Of a DNA stretch of 64,000 nt, positions 17,335 through 27,127 are shown piece by piece; positions within the stretch are counted from its first letter, which is position 1; each line of letters begins with the position of its first letter. The notes beneath the pieces are model-generated. The model saw nothing but the letters and a program-made list of their open reading frames with translations. It did not search any database and had not been told where the DNA came from. Origin of the DNA: Sodaliphilus sp. (GTDB lineage Bacteria > Bacillota_I > Bacilli_A > RFN20 > CAG-826); assembly GCA_963643355.1 (NCBI GenBank), contig CAVIJE010000005.1:1842-65841 (forward strand), given 5' to 3'. The position numbers and the translations under genes are program-made.

Positions 17335-18204
17335 ATGGCGGAATTAGTAGATGTAAATAAGGGCGACATCCTTGAACCATTAAACAAAAAAGGGAGAAAG
17401 AAGAAAAAAGGCTTTTTCCATTTCTTTTTGCAATTTTTCCTTGTTTTTGTTTTTGCCGTGGTTTTATCTACTTTCGGACAATTGACTTATGATTTTGCCC
17501 GTTATAAACGTTTTTACGTTAATGGCGAGTCAATGTATCCAACCCTGAACAAAGAAATAAAAATAAAAGAGAATGGAAAAGACGTAAATATTGGAAAAAC
17601 ATATCTTGTTGGAGGTTTTTCTTCTAAATCTCATTCTTATCTTTGCGATTATGGCTTGATGGATTGCGCGTCAACGTATAAAGAATCAATTAAGCGTTTC
17701 TCGATTGTCGTGACTTATTTTAATTCCGATTATCAAGACGGAATTCTAAAAGAAAACGCCGAATTAAAGATTAAACGCGTGATTGGCATGCCTGGCGAGA
17801 CGCTATATTTTGCAAACGATGGCCTCTTATATATAAAAGGAAAAGAAGAAGATTCTTTTAAAGAAGTCGAACAAACCTTTTATAACCTTACTTCTTGGAA
17901 TGATGAATCAAAAGAATTTTTGAATACAGTTATTGGACAAACGAATCTTGGCTCGAATTTTGCAAACGGAGAGGAAAACCAGTTGACTTTGAAAGACGGA
18001 GAATATTTCCTTGTTGGAGACAACAGAATGGAAGGATGCTCAAATGACTCTCGCATAATTGGTCCGGTAAACGAAAACTGTTTTGTCGGGCGTGTCGTGA
18101 CGATAATTGGCAAATGTTGGTTTTCGATTGATGAAAATGGTAAAAGCAAAGAGACTATTGATCTTTCAAGCCTTATAATGCCATGGGGATTAGAATTGTT
18201 ATGA
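17335..18204 (+). CDS. lepB: Signal peptidase I (S26)
   Basis: An N-terminal TM segment, the catalytic Ser box NGESMYPTL, the KRVIGMPGETL box and GDNRMEGCSNDSR. I prefer the ATG at 17335 because the upstream in-frame ATG at 17263 lies inside the rplS terminator hairpin. Confidence 0.88.
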   Translation: MAELVDVNKGDILEPLNKKGRKKKKGFFHFFLQFFLVFVFAVVLSTFGQLTYDFARYKRFYVNGESMYPTLNKEIKIKENGKDVNIGKTYLVGGFSSKSHSYLCDYGLMDCASTYKESIKRFSIVVTYFNSDYQDGILKENAELKIKRVIGMPGETLYFANDGLLYIKGKEEDSFKEVEQTFYNLTSWNDESKEFLNTVIGQTNLGSNFANGEENQLTLKDGEYFLVGDNRMEGCSNDSRIIGPVNENCFVGRVVTIIGKCWFSIDENGKSKETIDLSSLIMPWGLELL

Positions 18205-19073
18205 GCGAATTCCAACAACAAAAAAACGTCCATTATTTCCCGGGACATATGGCCAAAGCGCTAAACGCTATCGGGCCAATGGTCAAAGGATGCGACCTTA
18301 TCATTGAAATCGCCGATGCTAGGGCTCCTTTAAGTACGAGAAACCCAATGCTAGATAAATTAATCGGCAATAAGCCACGTATCCTTTTGCTTTCAAAATA
18401 TGATAAAGCAGATCCTCTTATAACCAAATCTTGGATTGAATATTACAAAGAACAGGGGATAATTTCTTTTTCAAGCGACATCAAACACCAAAAAATTCTT
18501 AATTTGCTTATTCAAACAAGCGAGCCTCTTGTAAGAAAGAAAAGAGAAAAAGAAGCAAAACTTGGCATGAAGAAACAGCCTTTGCGTCTTTTGATATTAG
18601 GCATCCCTAATGTTGGTAAATCTACATTCATCAATAACTTAGCCGGAAAGAATTCCGCTAAAGTAGGCAATAAACCAGGCGTTACTAGAGCTGAACAATG
18701 GATCAAAGTATCCACGGATTTTGTTTTACTTGATACCCCAGGTATTCTTCCAATGAACTATCCAAACAAAGATGAAGCCATCCGCCTTGCCTTGCTTGGC
18801 TCCATCAAAGAGGAAGTTTTGCCACTTGATGATCTTTCAGCACGTTTATTTTCCTATCTAAAAGAAGAATATCCATCATGCATGAAAGAACGTTACGGAA
18901 TAGACGATATTTCTAATATGGAAGAAAAAGATGTTTTTGAAGAAATATGCAAAAAACGCGGCTATCTTTTACAAGGCGGAGTTTTAGATATTTCTAAAGG
19001 CGCCCAATCATTAATCAAAGATCTTCAAGATGGAAATCTTGGCAAGATATCTTTAGAGAAGGCTAAATGTTAG
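18201..19073 (+). CDS. rbgA: Ribosome biogenesis GTPase A (YlqF/RbgA)
   Basis: FPGHMAKA motif and a circularly permuted GTPase (KYDKAD before GIPNVGKST..DTPG). The start could be 18201 (ATGA overlap with lepB) or 18183. Confidence 0.92.
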   Translation: MSEFQQQKNVHYFPGHMAKALNAIGPMVKGCDLIIEIADARAPLSTRNPMLDKLIGNKPRILLLSKYDKADPLITKSWIEYYKEQGIISFSSDIKHQKILNLLIQTSEPLVRKKREKEAKLGMKKQPLRLLILGIPNVGKSTFINNLAGKNSAKVGNKPGVTRAEQWIKVSTDFVLLDTPGILPMNYPNKDEAIRLALLGSIKEEVLPLDDLSARLFSYLKEEYPSCMKERYGIDDISNMEEKDVFEEICKKRGYLLQGGVLDISKGAQSLIKDLQDGNLGKISLEKAKC

Positions 19074-19684
19074 TAAAAGAAAGAGAGTTTTATAGCGATT
19101 CGGTTAAATTGATCGTTGGAATCGATGAAGCCGGAAGGGGACCGTTGGCCGGACCTGTTTTTGCTGCGGCCGTTGTCTTTGATCCCTCCTATGTTAACGA
19201 AGAAATAAACGATTCTAAAAAACTAAGCGAGAAGAAAAGAGAAGAACTCTTTCTTGAAATAAAAGAGCATGCGTTAGCATATGCGATTTCTTCTGTTAGC
19301 GCAGATACGATAGATGAGATAAATATCTATGAAGCAACAAAGAAATGCATGCTTGACGCCCTTTCTAAAATTAATGTTCCATACGATATGATCATCACCG
19401 ATGCGATGAAACTAAAAACTGAAAAGCCTCTTATTGCGATGGTTAAGGGCGATGCCCAATGTTTAAATATAGCCGCTGCCTCGATTCTTGCAAAAGTCTC
19501 GCGTGATCACTATATGGCGGAGCTTGATAAAGAATATCCTCAGTATGGTTTTGCTAAACATAAAGGATACGGAACTAAATTACATATGGACGCTTTGAAG
19601 GAATATGGCCCAATTGAGCACGTTCATCGCAAAAGCTATGCGCCGATAAAATCTTTTTATACAGAACAAATTAAACTTTTTTAG
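19067..19684 (+). CDS. rnhB: Ribonuclease HII
   Basis: GIDEAGRGPLAGPV catalytic motif. It overlaps the rbgA end. Confidence 0.95.
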   Translation: MLVKEREFYSDSVKLIVGIDEAGRGPLAGPVFAAAVVFDPSYVNEEINDSKKLSEKKREELFLEIKEHALAYAISSVSADTIDEINIYEATKKCMLDALSKINVPYDMIITDAMKLKTEKPLIAMVKGDAQCLNIAAASILAKVSRDHYMAELDKEYPQYGFAKHKGYGTKLHMDALKEYGPIEHVHRKSYAPIKSFYTEQIKLF

Positions 19685-19730
19685 GCATTTTTTCTTTTAC
19701 CCCGTCTTTATATAGGTGAAGGGAGAAAAA

Positions 19731-20510
19731 ATGAAACAATTAAGTGCAAAAACGGTTCTCTTATATCTATCAGTTAAATACAAAGGAGATTGGGAATCTA
19801 TTTTCGAGGCGATAAAAAGAAAGGAGAAGTTTTCACATGAAGATGCTCTAGAGACTGAAAAGAGCATTAAGTGCAAAACTTTAGCAATTACAGACTCTGA
19901 CTACCCAGAGTCTTTGAAGACTTGCTTTAAGCCACCTTTTATCCTTTATTATTATGGAAGTCTAGATTGTATAAGCGATCAAAGCAAATGTATCTCTTAC
20001 GTTGGAAGCAGAGACGCCTCCGCCTACGGAAAGAAAATGGCTGAGAAGATTTCAAGCGATTTGGCTTCAAGAAATTACACGATCGTTTCTGGAATGGCTA
20101 AAGGAATCGATGGGGCTGCAACAAGAGCAGCATTAGAAACTGGCGGAAAGGCCGTCGGAATTTTAGGCTCAGGAATTGATATGTGCTATCCAATGGAAAA
20201 TGAGGATATTTACGAAAGACTCAAAAAAAGCGGTCTTCTTATTTCCGAATACCCACCGGGAGTTAAGCCAAATAAAGAAAACTTCCCATTTAGAAATAGG
20301 ATTATTGCAGCCTTATCTAGACTTACAATCGTTGGCGAAGCCAATAAGAAATCAGGAACATTAATCACTGTTGGCTACGCCTTAGAAGGAGGAAAGGAAG
20401 TTGCTTGCATTCCTTTTAGGGCGGATGAAGATAGCGCATGCAATTCTTTAATTAGGGATGGCGCATCGCTTGTGGCTTCAACCCAAGACGTTTTGAATTT
20501 GCTAAATTAA
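19731..20510 (+). CDS. dprA: DNA processing protein DprA (Smf)
   Basis: GSRDASAYG and SGMAKGIDGAA motifs in a Rossmann-like DprA domain. SD GGGAGA precedes the ATG at 19731. Confidence 0.9.
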   Translation: MKQLSAKTVLLYLSVKYKGDWESIFEAIKRKEKFSHEDALETEKSIKCKTLAITDSDYPESLKTCFKPPFILYYYGSLDCISDQSKCISYVGSRDASAYGKKMAEKISSDLASRNYTIVSGMAKGIDGAATRAALETGGKAVGILGSGIDMCYPMENEDIYERLKKSGLLISEYPPGVKPNKENFPFRNRIIAALSRLTIVGEANKKSGTLITVGYALEGGKEVACIPFRADEDSACNSLIRDGASLVASTQDVLNLLN

Positions 20511-20581
20511 TACCGAATAAAAATTTTTTGTGGCCTTATAAATATTCTTATTTATATGGATGAATATGGAAATTTTTCGCT

Positions 20582-20610
20582 TTGACAAAGTAAAAAAACC
20601 TCACTAATAT
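20582..20610 (+). promoter_or_regulatory. topA promoter TTGACA-N17-TAATAT
   Basis: Hexamers and spacing read directly. The SD AGGAGG and the ATG follow 27 nt later. Confidence 0.55.
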
Positions 20611-20637
20611 GTTGAACGCAAAACAGGAGGAAACAGC

Positions 20638-22767
20638 ATGAAATTAGTTATTGTCGAGTCACCTAATAAGTGTTCAACTATCTCTCATTACCTTGGAAAC
20701 GATTATAAAGTTATTGCCTCAAAAGGCCACATAAGAGACCTTTCAACAAGGTTTAAAGGAGGTTTGGGCATTGATATCGAAAATGATTTCAAACCTGATT
20801 TTGTCATCAGCAAAGGCAAAGAAGCCACGGTAAAAATGCTTAAAAATGAAGCAAGCAAAGCCGATGAAATAATCCTTGCAAGCGACCCTGATCGCGAAGG
20901 AGAGGCTATTGCTTGGCATCTTGCCCAAGTTTTAGCTTTAGATACAAAAAAGGTAAAACGCCTTGTTTTCCACGAAATTACAAAACCTGTTATTGAAGCG
21001 GCGATTGCCAACCCAACCCACATTGATATGAATCTCGTTCAATCACAAGAAGTGAGAAGAATGTATGATCGTATCATTGGTTTTAAACTATCTACTCTTT
21101 TAAAACGTAAAATTGGTTCTCCTTCCGCAGGACGTGTCCAATCAGCAACTTTGAAATTGATTGTTGATAACGATGATGAAATAAAGGCATTCGTTCCAGA
21201 AGAATATTGGACAGTTGAAGCCGATATTTTAGTTAACGGCAAGAAAGTCACTGTTACCTTAGATAAGGTAGATGGCAAAAACGTTGAGATTCATAACAAA
21301 GAAGAAGCTGATGCAATTCTTGCACGCATTGGCAAGGAAATGAAAGTGGTCTCTATTTCAAAAACGAAGAAAAAGACCTCTCCAAAATATCCTTTCTCAA
21401 CATCAACCATGCAACAAGAAGCGTATAACCGTTACAAAATGTCTACGGCATTAACGCAATCAACCGCTCAAAAGCTTTATGAAGGCTTAGAGATTAACGG
21501 GGAGCACGTTGGTTTGATCACTTACCTAAGAACTGATTCTACGCGTCTTTCAAAAGAATTCATATTTGGTGATGCTAAGCCATTTATTGAAAATACTTTC
21601 GGCAAAGAATACATTGGCAATTTAAACAATACGTCTTCGACTGGAAAAAATATTCAAGATGCTCACGAAGCTATTCGTCCAACTTCGACTGCTAGAACTC
21701 CTGATTATGTTGCTAAGTATGTTTCCGAAACTGAAGCAAAACTTTATCGTTTAATTTATGATCGCGCTATCGCTTCTTTGATGGCACCAAAAGAAGAAGA
21801 ATTAACCACTGTATTATTTGAATGCAATGGCTTGACTTTCAAGACTACTGGCAAAGTCGCCTTGTTTAAGGGTTATACAGCAGTTTATGGTGAATTCGAA
21901 GATGATGAAAGTAAGAAGCTTCCTGATTTCAAGAAAGATGAACAATATGAAATCAAAAAAGTTGATCCAGAGCAAAAATATACAAAAGGACCAGCTCGTC
22001 TAACAGAAGCTAAATTGGTTCGTAGCATGGAAGAAAAAGGCATTGGCCGTCCATCTACATATGCTTCAACAATCAAAACTCTTATTACTCGTAAATACGT
22101 TACAAGCAAATCTGGCGTTTTAACTCCAACTGATTCTGGTATTAAGACGACTAAAGTCTTGGACAAATATTTCCCGGAAATCATTTCTTCAGGATATACG
22201 GCTAATATGGAAACCACGCTTGATAAGATTGAACTTGGAGAAGAGACGCGCTCTAAAGCTATGAATGATTTCTATGATCCGTTTATCGTTAAATTTGAAG
22301 AAGTGCGTAATGTCATGTATAAGGATCCTGATGAAGAAACTGGTGATATGTGCCCAGAATGTGGAAAGCCATTAGTTCTTAAGAGAGGACGCTATGGAAC
22401 ATTTACCGCCTGCTCCGATTATCCAAATTGCAAATACGTTTTGAAGGTTGTTCCTAAAGTCGAAGAGACCGGTGAGATGTGCCCTCTATGCGGCAAACCC
22501 CTTGTAAAACGCAAAAACAAGAAAGGCCAAGAATTCATTGGCTGCTCTAATTATCCAAACTGCACCTACATCAAGGGAAAGGATGGGGAGCCAAGTACTA
22601 AGAAAGAATATACCGAAGCCGACTACGTCAAAGAATGCCCATCATGCCATAAAGGACATTTAGTCATAAAACACGGTAAGAGGGTTGATTTCCTCGGCTG
22701 CACAAATTTCCCTAAGTGTCGTTATCATGAATGGCTTTCAAAGAAAAAAGAGGGAAATGATGCCTAA
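20638..22767 (+). CDS. topA: DNA topoisomerase I with three C-terminal Zn-ribbon motifs
   Basis: TOPRIM N-terminus (MKLVIVESPNK..DPDREGEAI), the active-site Tyr region (GLITYLRTDS), and three CxxC...CxxxxxC fingers. SD AGGAGG. Confidence 0.96.
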   Translation: MKLVIVESPNKCSTISHYLGNDYKVIASKGHIRDLSTRFKGGLGIDIENDFKPDFVISKGKEATVKMLKNEASKADEIILASDPDREGEAIAWHLAQVLALDTKKVKRLVFHEITKPVIEAAIANPTHIDMNLVQSQEVRRMYDRIIGFKLSTLLKRKIGSPSAGRVQSATLKLIVDNDDEIKAFVPEEYWTVEADILVNGKKVTVTLDKVDGKNVEIHNKEEADAILARIGKEMKVVSISKTKKKTSPKYPFSTSTMQQEAYNRYKMSTALTQSTAQKLYEGLEINGEHVGLITYLRTDSTRLSKEFIFGDAKPFIENTFGKEYIGNLNNTSSTGKNIQDAHEAIRPTSTARTPDYVAKYVSETEAKLYRLIYDRAIASLMAPKEEELTTVLFECNGLTFKTTGKVALFKGYTAVYGEFEDDESKKLPDFKKDEQYEIKKVDPEQKYTKGPARLTEAKLVRSMEEKGIGRPSTYASTIKTLITRKYVTSKSGVLTPTDSGIKTTKVLDKYFPEIISSGYTANMETTLDKIELGEETRSKAMNDFYDPFIVKFEEVRNVMYKDPDEETGDMCPECGKPLVLKRGRYGTFTACSDYPNCKYVLKVVPKVEETGEMCPLCGKPLVKRKNKKGQEFIGCSNYPNCTYIKGKDGEPSTKKEYTEADYVKECPSCHKGHLVIKHGKRVDFLGCTNFPKCRYHEWLSKKKEGNDA

Positions 22768-24049
22768 GCATATTAATGTAATCGGCGGAGGTTTAGCCGG
22801 TTCAGAAGCCGCTTACTTTCTTTTGAAAAAAGGCGTAGAAGTTCATCTTTACGAAAGAAGGCCATCTTTTGATGATGGTGCTCACGTCACATCTCTTTTT
22901 GGTGAGCTTGTCTGTTCAAATTCATTAAAATCGAAACAATTGACGAATTGCTGCGGCCTCCTAAAGGAAGAGATGAAAAGCATGTCTTCAATAATGATGG
23001 AAGCAGCAAGCGTCTCTGAGGTTCCAGCTGGCAACGCTTTGTCGGTTGATCGCGAATTGTTCGCTAAACATATAACGGATAAGCTAAAGTCATTTCCAAA
23101 CCTCACAATAATTAACGAAGATCTTGCATCTCTTCCAAATGATGAAATAACTATCGTTGCAACAGGACCCTTAACGAGCGGACCTTTGTTAGAAGACATT
23201 TGTAAAACTATTGGCAAAAAGAATTTTTCATTCTTTGATGCATCAGCACCTATCGTCGCTAAAGATTCAATCGATTTTTCCAAGGCCTATTTCAAATCGC
23301 GTTTTGAACAGGGCGATTCAGCTTACATCAATTGTCCTTTTACAAAAGACGAATATTATAAATTCGTTGAGGAATTAGTTAACGCGGAGAAAGCCTTGCT
23401 CCATGAATTCGATACGCATTATTTTGAAAGCTGCTTACCGGTTGAAGTTATCGCATCGCGTGGTGCTGACACTTTACGCTATGGTCCTTTAACACCAAGA
23501 GGACTTTGGACTGAGGAACATCCGCACCCATACGCCGTATGTCAGCTTCGTCAAGATACAAAATTAGGCGATTATTATAACCTCGTAGGATTTCAAACTA
23601 ACCTCACCTATCCAGAGCAAAAAAGAGTTTTTTCGATGATTCCTGGATTAGAAAATGCTCGTTTTGTTCGTTATGGTTTGATGCATAGAAACTCATATAT
23701 TGCCTCACCTGTCGCTTTAAATGAAGACCTTAGTTTGAAAAACAAGGACAATATATTTATTGCCGGTCAACTTTCAGGCGTTGAAGGCTATGTTGAATCA
23801 GCCGCAATGGGAATTATCGCAGGTATAAACGCCTATCGAAAAATGAATAACCTCCCATTTGCAAAATTATCAAGAGAAAGCGTTTGTGGTGCTTTGATAG
23901 ATTACATTTTAAATGCGAGCAAAGAATCTTTTGCTCCAATGAATGCTTCTTGGGTTCTTTTCCCAGGTACGAAAAAAGATAATCGCGAACCGACTATCAA
24001 GAAAGCTTTAGAAACGATAGAATCTTATTGGAAAGTCATAAATGAATGA
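22757..24049 (+). CDS. trmFO: Methylenetetrahydrofolate-tRNA-(uracil54-C5)-methyltransferase TrmFO (Gid)
   Basis: FAD motif VIGGGLAGSEAA, and TrmFO-like along its full length. The likely start at 22757 overlaps the topA 3' end. Confidence 0.92.
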   Translation: MMPKHINVIGGGLAGSEAAYFLLKKGVEVHLYERRPSFDDGAHVTSLFGELVCSNSLKSKQLTNCCGLLKEEMKSMSSIMMEAASVSEVPAGNALSVDRELFAKHITDKLKSFPNLTIINEDLASLPNDEITIVATGPLTSGPLLEDICKTIGKKNFSFFDASAPIVAKDSIDFSKAYFKSRFEQGDSAYINCPFTKDEYYKFVEELVNAEKALLHEFDTHYFESCLPVEVIASRGADTLRYGPLTPRGLWTEEHPHPYAVCQLRQDTKLGDYYNLVGFQTNLTYPEQKRVFSMIPGLENARFVRYGLMHRNSYIASPVALNEDLSLKNKDNIFIAGQLSGVEGYVESAAMGIIAGINAYRKMNNLPFAKLSRESVCGALIDYILNASKESFAPMNASWVLFPGTKKDNREPTIKKALETIESYWKVINE

Positions 24050-24966
24050 ACCGTCCTGAAAGAGAATTCCTCGATTCCTTAATCGCAAAACGTTACTCAA
24101 CTCACACCATTGATTCCTATCAAAGGGACATAGATTTTTTCTTTGAGTTCTTAAATGAGCAAAATGTTTTGATGACGAATGTTGATAGAAATGTCATTCG
24201 TGATTTTGAAGATTCTCAATTGAAAAAAGGAGTTGGCGCAAGATCTTTGCAAAGAAGAATTACTTCGTGTAGGCAGTTTTATGCTTTCTTGCAAAAGAAG
24301 GGGTATACGCTAACAAATCCTTTTAGGAGTGCTAGAGCCCCTAAAAAACCAATCAGGTATCCTTCGACTCTCACTACAGAACAAGTCATCGCTCTTTTAA
24401 ACGAGAACGCCAAAAGAACGGATTTTCTTGCTTTACGCGATCAAGCCATCTTGGAATTAATGTATGCTTCAGGAATGAGAGCTTCGGAAATAGTTACTCT
24501 TAAAGCTAGAAATATCGACTACCGTTCAAGAATGATCAGGGTTATCGGAAAAGGCGATAAAGAAAGACTTGTTCCAATTTCTAAGACCGCTGTTCCGGTT
24601 ATGCAATCGTATTTTAAGAAACTTCGCCCCGAATTGTATTCTAAGCATCATTCAACACGCCCTGCAGATGCTTTCTTTTTGAATGATCGCGGTGAGAATC
24701 TAACCGTTAGAGGGCTTGAATACATTCTTCGCCAAGTGGAAAACAAAACTGGATTCTATTATGGACTTCATCCTCATATTTTAAGACACACTTTTGCTAC
24801 GACCTTTATTGATAATGGAGCGGATTTACGTTTAGTCCAGGAACTTCTAGGCCATTCTTCTATAAATACAACGCAAATTTACACTCACGTCTCGACTAAG
24901 ATGATGAAAGAGCAATATAAAGATTTCTTTCCAAGGCAAAATAAAAATAAGGAAGATAAAGACTAA
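24046..24966 (+). CDS. xerC: Tyrosine recombinase XerC/CodV-like
   Basis: Catalytic residues in the expected order (..RASE.., HILRHTFAT, LGHSSINTTQIYTHV). Conserved position after trmFO, with an ATGA overlap. Confidence 0.88.
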   Translation: MNRPEREFLDSLIAKRYSTHTIDSYQRDIDFFFEFLNEQNVLMTNVDRNVIRDFEDSQLKKGVGARSLQRRITSCRQFYAFLQKKGYTLTNPFRSARAPKKPIRYPSTLTTEQVIALLNENAKRTDFLALRDQAILELMYASGMRASEIVTLKARNIDYRSRMIRVIGKGDKERLVPISKTAVPVMQSYFKKLRPELYSKHHSTRPADAFFLNDRGENLTVRGLEYILRQVENKTGFYYGLHPHILRHTFATTFIDNGADLRLVQELLGHSSINTTQIYTHVSTKMMKEQYKDFFPRQNKNKEDKD

Positions 24967-25029
24967 TTTTTATCTAATCGTGTAGATTACTATCAGGGGA
25001 TAAAATAATACTTTTTATTGACTTACGTT

Positions 25030-25040
25030 TGTTATATAAT
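25030..25040 (+). promoter_or_regulatory. Extended -10 (TGTTATATAAT) upstream of rpsB, giving a roughly 140-nt 5' UTR
   Basis: TG-T-TATATA/TATAAT. The UTR (about 25046-25186) is GC-enriched relative to its surroundings, with possible helices (CTTTC/GAAAG, CGCCGT/ACGGGCG). Confidence 0.4.
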
Positions 25041-25186
25041 CTCTCTCGGCCTTTCTTTAGGGAAAGTGCTTATACGCACCTCGTGGATGGGACGCCGTGT
25101 TCCTTGACGGGCGAAATAGCTTAAAAATCGTCATGGTGGTCAGTTCTTTGAAATGGGGGAGGCTAAAACAAATGGAGGTCACTAAA

Positions 25187-26200
25187 ATGAGTGACAATGA
25201 AACAAAAGTAGAAGCTGTTGAAGAAACAGCAGCTCCTGAAGAATCCATGGAATCATTGATTAGAGATCCAAATGCTCCAATCATGACCATGAGAAAACTT
25301 CTTGAAGCAGGCGTCCACTTCGGACACCAAACCAGAAGATGGAACCCAAAGATGGGCAAATTCATCTATGGCGCCAGAAATGGCATCTATCTCATTGATA
25401 TGGGCAAGACCGTTGATCAAGTCAACGTCGCTTACGCCAAACTCAAGAGCATCGTTGATGAAGGCGGAAAAGTCCTCTTCGTCGGCACAAAAGAATCAGC
25501 AAAGCAAATCATCGTTGATGAAGCTACACGTTCTGGTTCCTTCTACATCGCCAACCGTTGGTTAGGCGGAACTCTCACCAATTTCCGTACAATCCTTGGC
25601 CGTACCAAGAAATTAAAGGAACTTGAAGAGATGGAAGCAAACGGAGATTTCGAGAAGCTCCCAAAGAAAGAAGTTGCTCTCTTAAAGAAAGAATTAGAAA
25701 AACTTTCCCGCAACCTCGAAGGCATCAAAGAAATGAGACGCTTACCACAAGCAGTTATCGTTGATGACCCAACTGTTGAACATAACGCCATTGAAGAAGC
25801 TCGCAAACTTCACATTCCTACGTTTGCAATTTGCGATACTTCCGATGATCCAGATATCGTCAACTTCCCAATCCCTTCCAACAATGATGCCCCAACCGCT
25901 TTAAAGGTTTTACTCGGTGTCTTAGCCGATGCCATCGTTGAATCCAAGGGTGGAATCACTGAATTTGCTTATGTCAAAGACACAACTGAAGAAGCAACAA
26001 TGAAAGACGCTGTCCGTGCCGCTGATATCGCCAACGAACAACGTAAAGCCGCTATCCGTGCCCAAAAACAAGCTCGTGAAGAACGCTTTAAGAAAATGCA
26101 AGCAGAACGCAACGCCCGTTTTGCTGAAAGAAAAGCTGCTCAAGCTGAAAAAGATGGCGCAAAAGCCGAAGAAAAACCAGCTGAAACAAAAGCAGCCTAA
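25187..26200 (+). CDS. rpsB: 30S ribosomal protein S2, with an acidic N-terminal and a Lys/Ala/Glu-rich C-terminal extension
   Basis: Core motif LLEAGVHFGHQTRRWNPKM. A GGAGG SD lies 7 nt upstream of the ATG at 25187. A canonical-length start at 25283 has no SD. Confidence 0.93.
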   Translation: MSDNETKVEAVEETAAPEESMESLIRDPNAPIMTMRKLLEAGVHFGHQTRRWNPKMGKFIYGARNGIYLIDMGKTVDQVNVAYAKLKSIVDEGGKVLFVGTKESAKQIIVDEATRSGSFYIANRWLGGTLTNFRTILGRTKKLKELEEMEANGDFEKLPKKEVALLKKELEKLSRNLEGIKEMRRLPQAVIVDDPTVEHNAIEEARKLHIPTFAICDTSDDPDIVNFPIPSNNDAPTALKVLLGVLADAIVESKGGITEFAYVKDTTEEATMKDAVRAADIANEQRKAAIRAQKQAREERFKKMQAERNARFAERKAAQAEKDGAKAEEKPAETKAA

Positions 26201-26215
26201 GGAAAGGAAACTATT

Positions 26216-27046
26216 ATGGCCGATCAAAACACCATTGCCGCAATCAAAACCCTCCGCGATCGTACCGGAGCTGGCATGATGGATTGCAAAAAAGCCTTAG
26301 AAGCAACTGGATACGACATTGAGAAATCAATCGACTATCTCCGTGAAAAAGGTATCGCCAAACAAGCCAAGCGTGCTGGAAGAACAGCCGCTGAAGGATT
26401 AGCACTCGTTAAAGCAGAAGGCAACAAAGCCGCTTTAATCGAAGTCAACTGCGAAACAGATTTCGTTTCTGCCTCCGACAAATTCCAAGAATATGCCAAA
26501 TATGTTCTTGATTATACTCTTGCTAATAGCCCAGCTTCTGTCGAAGAAGCTCGTGAAGCAACTCTTCAAATGCATGACACCGTCGCTCTTGCCACTGGTG
26601 AAAAAACCGAATTCCGTCGTTTAGCCGTCATCACAAAAGAAGATGGACAAGGATTTGGCACATATATCCACCAAAAGGGACGTATTGCTGTTTGTGTCCT
26701 CTTAGCAAAAGAAGATGAGGAATTCGCTCACCACCTTGCTATGCATATCGCAGACTCTGGCGCAATCTATCTTAACTTAGAAGATGTTCCAGCAGCCGAA
26801 AGAGAAAGAGAACTCAACGTTGCTAAAGCAGAAGTTGCCGCTGATGAAAAACTCATCAACAAACCACAACCTGTCAAAGATCAAATCGCTGAGAAGAAAG
26901 TTGACAAAGCCTTATCACAATATTGCTTAATCAAACAAAAATTCTTACTCGATCCATCTAAGACCGTTGAACAAGTTCTTGCTGAAAAAGGCAACAAAGT
27001 TATCTCCTTTGTCCGCTATCAAGTTGGCGAAGGCCTTGCTGCTTAA
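26216..27046 (+). CDS. tsf: Elongation factor Ts
   Basis: UBA-like N-terminus IKTLRDRTGAGMMDCKKAL plus EVNCETDFV. Confidence 0.96.
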   Translation: MADQNTIAAIKTLRDRTGAGMMDCKKALEATGYDIEKSIDYLREKGIAKQAKRAGRTAAEGLALVKAEGNKAALIEVNCETDFVSASDKFQEYAKYVLDYTLANSPASVEEAREATLQMHDTVALATGEKTEFRRLAVITKEDGQGFGTYIHQKGRIAVCVLLAKEDEEFAHHLAMHIADSGAIYLNLEDVPAAERERELNVAKAEVAADEKLINKPQPVKDQIAEKKVDKALSQYCLIKQKFLLDPSKTVEQVLAEKGNKVISFVRYQVGEGLAA

Positions 27047-27061
27047 TCACAAGCTAAATCT

Positions 27062-27088
27062 AGGATGCTCATGTAGCATCCTTTTTTC
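27062..27088 (+). terminator. Intrinsic terminator after tsf
   Basis: AGGATGCT-CATGT-AGCATCCT hairpin followed by TTTTT. Confidence 0.9.
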
Positions 27089-27091
27089 TTA

Positions 27092-27120
27092 TTCAAAATA
27101 ACTATTTATTTTGTATAATA
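27092..27120 (+). promoter_or_regulatory. pyrH promoter (TTCAAA ... TGTATAAT) ending 7-8 nt before the ATG; leaderless-type geometry
   Basis: TATAAT at 27114-27119, ATG at 27128. No SD, and an in-frame TAA inside the -10 element. Confidence 0.5.
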
Positions 27121-27127
27121 TATTTAT

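Noticed and set aside
24046-24966. Tyrosine recombinase as a marker of an integrated element.
   Set aside because: It occupies the conserved trmFO-xerC (codV) position and is translationally coupled to trmFO (ATGA overlap). It is flanked only by housekeeping genes, so it is a chromosomal Xer recombinase, not a phage or ICE integrase.
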